A program made the translations under genes and the position numbers. A DNA stretch of 24,831 nucleotides, from contig JBHHTW010000030.1 in NCBI GenBank assembly GCA_046861385.1, positions 1 through 24,831 of the forward strand, written 5' to 3'. Below, piece after piece: positions 9,501-18,500 of this stretch; position 1 is the stretch's first letter, and every line of letters begins with the position of its first letter. Under the pieces are notes generated by a model that had not been told where the DNA came from, searched no databases, and saw only the letters and a program-made list of their open reading frames with translations. Origin of the DNA: Fidelibacterota bacterium (GTDB lineage Bacteria > Fidelibacterota > Marinisomatia > Marinisomatales > TCS55).

Positions 9501-12500
9501 TTTTTGAACCTGTATATGTCCCCGGCATAAGCATGATGGTATCGCCGTCCACGGCAGTCTCAATGGCATCCCGGATGTATCTCAATGGATCATTCAGGCT
9601 GCCTTCACCGCTGACCGAACCGTTGTCAGTATCCACAACCCAAACAGGTCCCTGGAAAAATGGTGTTGCTTTTACCTGGAGAGAAGGAGAGCTTTCAAAA
9701 CCACCTGTGTCTAAAGCGGTTACGTAAAACCAATAATTTTCTCCATTGGTTAAGCTGCCTATGGTTGTACGCGTTGTAAACCGTCCGGAAACAGTATCGT
9801 CTACGGTAAATGTAATTGAATCATCGCTGACATAAGCAACATATCGATCCACATTCTGATCTGGCGAAAAGTCCCAGTCCAAAAGAACAGCTTGATGGAG
9901 TGGCGTTGCCACTAAATTCTGTACCGGGGCCGGGAAGGGCGTGATGGCCAGGTTATGTTCATAAGCTCCCATATCGGGGTTAGAGCCGGATGGAACTGGA
10001 CGGGTATTCCCTGCCAGATCAACGGTTGGTGCAAAAATAGGATCTCCATTTGTATTTTCACTTTCCGTTTCACCGGCGCCTATGGCGGGGCTGCGATCAC
10101 TGAGGACATACGTTAAATCAACAAATTCCGGGTTTGCTTCAAATACACCATCTTCGTAATTATCAACATCGCCACCTTGTATGATTGAATATGACACAAA
10201 ATGATTCACATCCAGCCAATCATCAATTTGCAGTTGTTTCTGTAGCGGTGTATTTCCAGAAACAATGCTGTTAAAAAGGTTAAATTTAGTCCCTGAGTCA
10301 CCGGAACCGTAAGTCACGTATATACCCGCACCGTTTTCAAACTGATATTGATCAATATTATTATTATCTACAATTGTAGAATTAATGATCGTTGCTTTTC
10401 CTCCCCGTACGGTGATACCAGCGCCTCGAGAAGGGGAAGATGATCCTGCTGTAGCAGTGTTGCGAGCTATTACAGAGTTGATAGCAGTCAATTTATTATT
10501 GTCATTCCAACCTATATAAATACCGGCACCATAAGCATCCGCGGAAATCGCCGTTAATGAATTATCCAGTATTTTAGTTCTTATAACAGTAATACGGCTG
10601 TCATCTTTTCCCTGGATTGTTCCACCTTCTCCTGAACCACTGGATATGGAAACATGATTATTTTCAATCACGCAGTCTACAAACCGGACATCGCCAGCGC
10701 TCACACGGATGACGGGGGCCTCCTCAGGATTGGTTTCCGTACCATTTTCCTTGATGATACAATTTTTAAATATTACTCCGGATGTTGTTGTTATCTGTTG
10801 GTTTAAGCTATAATCCCAATAAGATTGTCCTTCCACCCTGACTGCGTTTCCCCATCCATCACTTTCACCACCACCTGTTATTGTAAAACCAATAATATGC
10901 AATGTGGTATCCGTTTTATCGACAATTTCAAATAATCGTTTACTACCCTCACCATCTAAGATAGTTGTTGCTGCGCCATCCCTGGATTTGAGAACGATAT
11001 TTTTCGGTTGACCATCATTGCTATCTCCATTATTGTAAACAAAAACCAAATTCTGATCATCTGATCTGTCATAGGTACCAGGTAAAACAATAACAGTGTC
11101 TTTTAATCCATCTGTCCTTGAAAGAGGATCTACCGCATCTATAGCATCTTGGATTTCTCTAAATGGTAATGAAGGGGAACCGTCCTTGCCAGAACCGGAT
11201 GTTTGAGTTTCATCCACATACCAAAGGGGACCTACCCATTTTGGTACACCTGAAACTTCATTGGATTTCGAAGACTCATATCCATCCAGGTCCTTGGCGG
11301 CTACAGCAAAATAATAAGTAATACCATTATCTAATCCAGTGGCAGTGTATGAGGGAGTTCCCGATATACTGTCTAAGAGGGTTGTTGCGGTTGCTGTGCC
11401 GTAATAAATCATATATTGAGAGATATCATCTTCCGTATTGGCTGTCCAGCTCAATGTGACGGAGGAATCGCCCACTGCTTCCATAACGAGATTTTGAGGT
11501 TTTGAAGGATAGGGCGTTGTTGAAAGACTGTTTTCAAAGGCACCTAAATCCGGATTAGAACCAGAAGGCTTTGGGCGGCTATCATTGTTGTAGTCGAAGG
11601 CAGGAGCTGTAACTCCCTCGTATTGATCAATACCTGCACCGATGGCTAAACTTGCAGTGGATAGTGTATAATCTCCATTTCCAATAAATCCTGGGTCTGC
11701 ATCCATTAAATAGGTTTCATTCAATCCCGTTTCACTAAAAAATTCAATAATTGAATAATCGATTAAAGCATTTGTGCTGCCAAACGGGCCGGCATTATTG
11801 GATAAATTTACTCTGGCATCATCTACATAAGTTCCGGTTGCATTGTCGGTAATAATTGAATTAAAGATGATGACCGGATTATCCGATGGATTATCCCTGC
11901 AAATTCCTGCGCCGCCCCAGTCTCCATAAATTGTATTGGGCGATATTTCATTATCAGCTATAGTGCTATTAATCAATCGCAGTCCTTGATCAACGCCATT
12001 ATATTGTGCCGGTCCAGATCCATATTGATACAAATCACTAGAAAAATAAATGGCTCCACCGTAGGTCCTTGAGTCAGAAAAATTGGACTGGGCATTATTT
12101 CCTGTTACCAGACAGTTAATCAGATCTACCCGGGGATAACGACTGTAAATCCCGCCACCATATACATAGGATCCTTCCACCGTATTATCACTGATTGAAC
12201 AGTTGATAAACTTAATTGGAGGTCCTTGTGCAAACCAGGAATCAATATAGACCCCGCCTCCATTTGCCCAAGATGAGCTTTGGTATGGATTACTGTCAAT
12301 TGAATTAGAATCAATGCGTGTATTTTCAAAATAGGGGACAGCACCGTAGCCAATAAAAAGCGCACCACCGAAAAAGTTTTTCCCATTATTATTACTTGAA
12401 TTGGTTATCGTAGAACTGTTCTCTGCAATGATACAATTCAAAAACTGTGAACGGTAGATTGTTGTATCAGCGCCAAAGTTGAAATTATCGGCTCCGCCGA

Positions 12501-15500
12501 TACGAATCGGCGCATAGATATTCATGTCATCAGCCGAGGCAGGAGCAACAGTTAAATTGCGGAATTCACAACCATCAAAGACCGGTTCTGCCTGAAATAT
12601 CCAGATGACACTTAATAAATCCTGACTGGAGGCTCTGGAATCAATGAATTTACAATTTTCAAAACTTGGCGCCCATTCGTCAATACTTTTGTCAGGCCCA
12701 TTGATCACAATTAATGGTTTGGAATTGTCTCCATTTTGGAATGTGAACCCAATAAATTTTGTAGAGTTAGTATATCCATTGTAGGACCCTCCAAATTCCT
12801 TATCCAATCGCAAGGCTGACCGGTTACCGCTCGCGCCACCCGCGTCAATAATCGTTGTGGCTGGACCATCCACCGACTCGAGAATAAGTTGTTTTCCTAT
12901 CAAGTCCACAACCGGTTCATTATTCAGACCTGTGTAAGTACCCGGATTAACCAAAACCCGCACCCCATCAATTACATTGGATGCATTGATTGCTTCCTGA
13001 ATGGATCCATATGGTTTGGTATCAGACCCATCCGGTGTATAACCTGCCCCTGCCGAATCGACATCCACGTAAATGGTAGTACCCAAGAATTGAGGTGTGA
13101 CTGATATTTCAGAAGAGAAAGCGCTTTCATATCCTGAAGAATCGATCGCAGTCATACGAAAATAGTAAATTTGACTGTTACTGAGACCCGTTATTGTATC
13201 CGTCACTGTTGTCCTGCCGGTCACATCTTTCTGTTTAACGGTAGGGCCGGAAGTGGTGCCATAATATATTCCGTATTTTTCTACATCCGTTTCGCTATGA
13301 GCGGTCCACGTCAGAATTACTTGTCCATCACCCGGGGTAGCAGCAAGGTCCGTTGGAGCATCTGGCACTGGTGATTCTCCTAATGAATTTTCAATAGCTC
13401 CTATATCCGGATTGGACCCAGATGGGTTGGGGCGCACATTTCCCAAGAAATCAGTACTGAGAATATGGTTATATCCAGGGTAGGTGCTTTGGCTTCCCGA
13501 TGCTCCGGCTCCCAATAGTCCACTGCGAACATCTAAAGAGAATATATTGTTGAGGTCATCTGTAAAATGAGGATCCTCGCTCAAATTGCTTTCACCGCTA
13601 AAAGCCTCCTGTGCATCTGAATAATGCATGGTGATATTAAAAAAGTTATCTCCTGCAAACATTTGATCACCGGAATTGATTGTGGACGATGCGGTGTTTC
13701 CCCAGATGATTGAATTTAGAAAATATATTGCGCTTGCATTATCATTTATCCATAAAGCACCTCCACGGCTCTCATCGGGGAAATCAGTATTTTCAGCATT
13801 ATTCTTCAATAAATCGCTATGGACAAAATATACATTCGCTCCGTTATCAATGGCTCCACCGCCGCCGCGACTCCAATAATTTGAAACTCCTGTTCTGGTT
13901 AGTTCATTATTAAAAATAATCGTATTGATAAAATAGACATTTGTATTCTGCCCGGTAATATAAAATCCACCGCCAAACATATCATTTTGAGGCCCATTGG
14001 CTGTTCCCACATTTCCACGAATAACGGAATTTTTTATTGTAACGGACTCAGTACTGCCATTGCTTATATAAACCCCTACACCATTAACATCGCCGGAAAA
14101 ATTCCCGGATGTCATTGGCGCTGAATTGCCCTTGATGACTGTTCCATCAATCGTAGCGCTCGTATTTTCAATAAAAATACCTGCTCCAACGGCAGCTTTA
14201 TTCCCTGGACCAATAACACAATCAATAATATTAACAGAACCTGCATTGAAGAGAATCATGGCTCCGCCGTATCCATTTTGAGAAAGGGCGTTAACAATCT
14301 TCAAGCCTTTTATGGTCATGGCTGAATAAGGAAATAAATCGAGGTCAAAGGCGCTATGCCTGTTATCAGCACTGGCACCCACATCTATCGTGACAGAATC
14401 CGCGCCGCCTACACCCATAATAAAGAGATCTTTTTGGGGATTCAAATCATAGTTACCCACACCGGAATATGACCCTGGTTTGATTTTTATTGTATCCCCG
14501 GATACAGCTTTATCAATCGCCTGCTGTATAGTCAAAAACGGTGATGTTAAACGCCCATCTCCGGTAGTATTGCTCCCATTTTCAGCAACCCAAAAAGTCG
14601 GACCGGTATAATCCGGCGTGGCGTTTACCGTATCAGAATAGGCGCTGGTAGTGCCATCCTGTCCTTTATATTTTATTGCAAAATAATACATTGTTCCATT
14701 GGTGAGGCCGGTAATCGTTTTTGTGACAGTGGTTCCATCTGAAGTACTGTCTGCAAGAAATGTCGCTGTTGAGGCGTCTCGTTGATAGATATACGTCTTT
14801 GCAACACCACTGCCGCTTGGAGCATCCCAACTAAGTGTAACCTGTTGCGGTGCTGCTGCGATAGAAAGGTTAGAGGGTGTTTCTACACTTGGTACAGCGG
14901 ATACCGGTGTCGTCATGGCGCTGGAATCTCCGTCTATTTGAATGCTTCTGATCCCATAATAATAGGTGGTGCCGTTCACTAGCCCGGTATCAGAATAATT
15001 TGAAGCAGTCGATGCTGCAGTACCAATTGCCGTCAGGTTAATTGATGTCGTTCCTCTATAGATTTTGTAATTGGCTATGCTATCTGATATGGAGGCGGTC
15101 CAACTCAAATCGACTTGCTGATAAGAAGGAATCGCTGTTATGTTTGAAGGTGAAAGCACCTTTGGTACGGTATAAGTCAATTGCAAATAAGCAACTTTAT
15201 CATCCGGTGCGCTACCCATATTTGTTGTAAAAGGATAATTCCCTGCATTGGAATCGCTCCAGCCCCTGCGGCCTCGGTCGGAGTTAGACCCGGTGTGGCG
15301 CAGATAGACCCCGCCTCCAGATGCATAATTTGTATTATCATGGCTGAATTCCACTACCAGATTATCCAGACCGTTCCATAAAATGGGTGTGATGGGGAAT
15401 CTGACCCAGGCCCCTGTGGGGAAGTCTGCAGTATAATGGTAGGTAGGACCATAAACGACGCTTGTGGTTAAAAAAGAATCGGAAAGAGCTGCCTCGTTGG

Positions 15501-18500
15501 TCCAGGCTGTGGCGATTCGAAAGGAAGAAAGATCCATCCCCGGTGTTTGTGCGGGATAAATGTCGATTGCTGTAATGGTAGCTCCGGGACTAAGTCCTGC
15601 ATTGTCCAAGTCGGCGGCGTGATAAAGAGATTGATGTTTTACGTCGTGGTAGTACGTGTTCAAAGCATAGCCCTGATCTTGACTTCCGGTTGATGTAGTA
15701 GTGGCTCCCACCAAAAGCTCCACAGTAACTTTTGCAGTTGGCGTTACACTTACCTCATTGGAATAGCCGCTCCCCTGTCCGGCGCTGTCAACAGCTGTCA
15801 CCTGGTAATAATAGGTGGTGTCGTTAATGACACTATGATCCGTATAAAAGGTGTCCGGCGGCGAGGCGGCCATTACACTGTCTAATAGGATCAGACTGGT
15901 AGATCCCCATCGACGGTAAATGCGATATTTTGCAAGATCAGAGTCCGGTATTTTATTCCAAGACAGAGTCACAGATTCATTTGAACCGGCAGCAGTAAGG
16001 TTCGTCGGTGTACCGGGACTTGGATCCCAACCGCCAGCGTCATATAATGTTTGAATTTCTGTAGAAGTTATCGCCCGATCGTAGATACGGAATTCATCAA
16101 TACTACCGTAAAACCACTCACTATTAAAACCCGCACCTATAGCAGGTTGATCGGTTATAGATACCTGGCCCGTCCAAGCTCTTTCAAAATCCAGCTCTCC
16201 ATCTATGTATCCTTTTACAGTGGTGCCATCATAAGTCAAACTAAGTTGATACCACTCGTTTGGGTTTACGTGATGAGATCCATCACCATCGCTAAAACTT
16301 CCATTACTTGTGCTAAAATGATACCGTAGTATATCATCTCCAGCGGCAACGGATGCCCCCACTTGGACAAACCCGGTAATGGTACCAAATACCCATCGCC
16401 AAGTATTCGTGTTTGTATATTTAAACCAGGTTTCAACTGTGAGATCGGAAAGATTATTCATACTATTGGGTATTGTTACATAATCAGTATTTCCATCAAA
16501 ATAATACGCCTTTCCCCAATCACCGAAACGATCGTATGTTTGGGTTGCGCCGTACTTGGTGCCGTCATTCCCCTCGCCGCTTCCGTCCAAAACGTTTCCA
16601 TAAAAATTATACAGGGCAACCAGTCCGTCCGGCACAATGGTGGGCATAACGTGGACGGTGTCCGATTGATCGCTTACCTGTCCGGCGCTGTCTACGGCAG
16701 TAACGTAATAATAATATAGGGTATCGTTATCCACCACATTGTCAACATAAAATGTATCCGGTGAAGACGCGGCTACCACACTATCCAACAGATTGAGGTT
16801 CCACTGGGTCTTGCCCCGGTAAATGCGGTATTTGGCTAAGTTATTATCTCTCACTGGATCCCATCCAAGTGTCAGTTGGTCATTCCCGGGTGTAGCGTAA
16901 AAATTTTGGGGTGTGGTCGGAGCTGGGTCCCAGCCGCCGACTTCAAATAAAGTCTGGATTTCTGATGTGGTTAAAGCGCGATCGTAAATACGGATGTCAT
17001 CAATGACACCATCAAAATAGTTGCTGCCTCCCGCATATGACCCTACAAAAATTGATGAAGAATTTGTGCTTATATTTCCAGACGTTTGGTATTGTCCATC
17101 CAAAATACCATTTACATATAAACTAATCGACTGATTATTATAAGTAGCTGTAATGTGATACCAAGTATTGGCAGATAATACAGTTGTTCCATAAAAATTC
17201 CCCAAATTTCCAAAATGCGTATACAACAATTGGTTTTGCGATGATATTTCTATATCAAAATCTATATTATTACCAGATCTCTTCTCAATTATAGTTCCAC
17301 CAACAACATCTAGGTTAATCCATAAATCTATTGTCAGGCTGTTGGTTATTAATCCGTTATTAAAACTATTAAAAAGTAAATAATCACTCACACCGTCAAA
17401 ATTATAGGCTTTCCCCCAGTTATTGAAACGGTTGTAAGTTTGGTTTGCACCGTAGTTCGTTCCGTCATTCTCTTCACCACTGCCGTCTATCATATTCCCA
17501 CTAAAATTATATAATGCTACCAGTCCATCCGGCACAATGGTGGGCATGACGTGGACAGTGTCGGAGTTGCTGCTCTCTTGCCCCGCGCTGTCAACGGCTG
17601 TAATGTAATAATAATATAAGGTGTCGTTATCCACTGCATTATCTGTATAGGCTGTGTTCGGCGACGATGAAACCAATACGCTGTCTAATATATTAATATT
17701 CCATTGAGAATTACCGCGGTAAACACGGTATTTAGATAAATCTGAATCACCCACCGGGGTCCAATTGAGTGTAAGCTGGTCATCTTTGGGCGTTAATGTA
17801 AAATTCGTTGGTGTGGAGGGTGTTGGATTAGTCGCCGAAGGGCTGGCGCTTACCTCACTGGAATAGCCGCTTTCATTCCTGTTAGTATCCACAGCAGTAA
17901 TCCGGTAGTAATAAGTAGTTCCATTGGTCAGGCCTGTAATTGTTTTTGTTGTATCACCAATACTTGTTGTGGAATCCACCTTCGCAGTCGGGTTGGTGGA
18001 AGTGCCTCCATAAACAATATACTTGTCAAAGTCGGTTTCTGTATTCTTATTCCAAGTCATAGCAATTTGTTGGTCTCCTGCACTAAGTACAAGATTTTGA
18101 GGAGCTGCTGGTGGCAGAGTGTCCATACCTGTTCCGCTTAAAGTGACTAATTTTAATGTGTCGCCAAATTCCGAATCATTACTAAATACCCTTAATGTAT
18201 CCGGATAGGAAGTGATTGCTATGGGAGTAAAAGAAACCGTTACTGATAAACTATCCCCGGGATTTATATTTCCAGATGTAGGATTGACCGAATAAGTTGA
18301 TAGACCCTTTGTTATATTGCTGACTGTAAGAGTATCGTTACCAATATTCTTTACATAATAGGTCCAATTCGAGGTAGTGTTAATTTGAACATTTCCAAAA
18401 TTGTGGAAAGATGAAGTTAAAAATATTTCTTTTGATAGAGGCATTTCGCTCACATCACTGGAAAATCCGCTCTCATTCCCTAATGTATCCACACCAGTAA

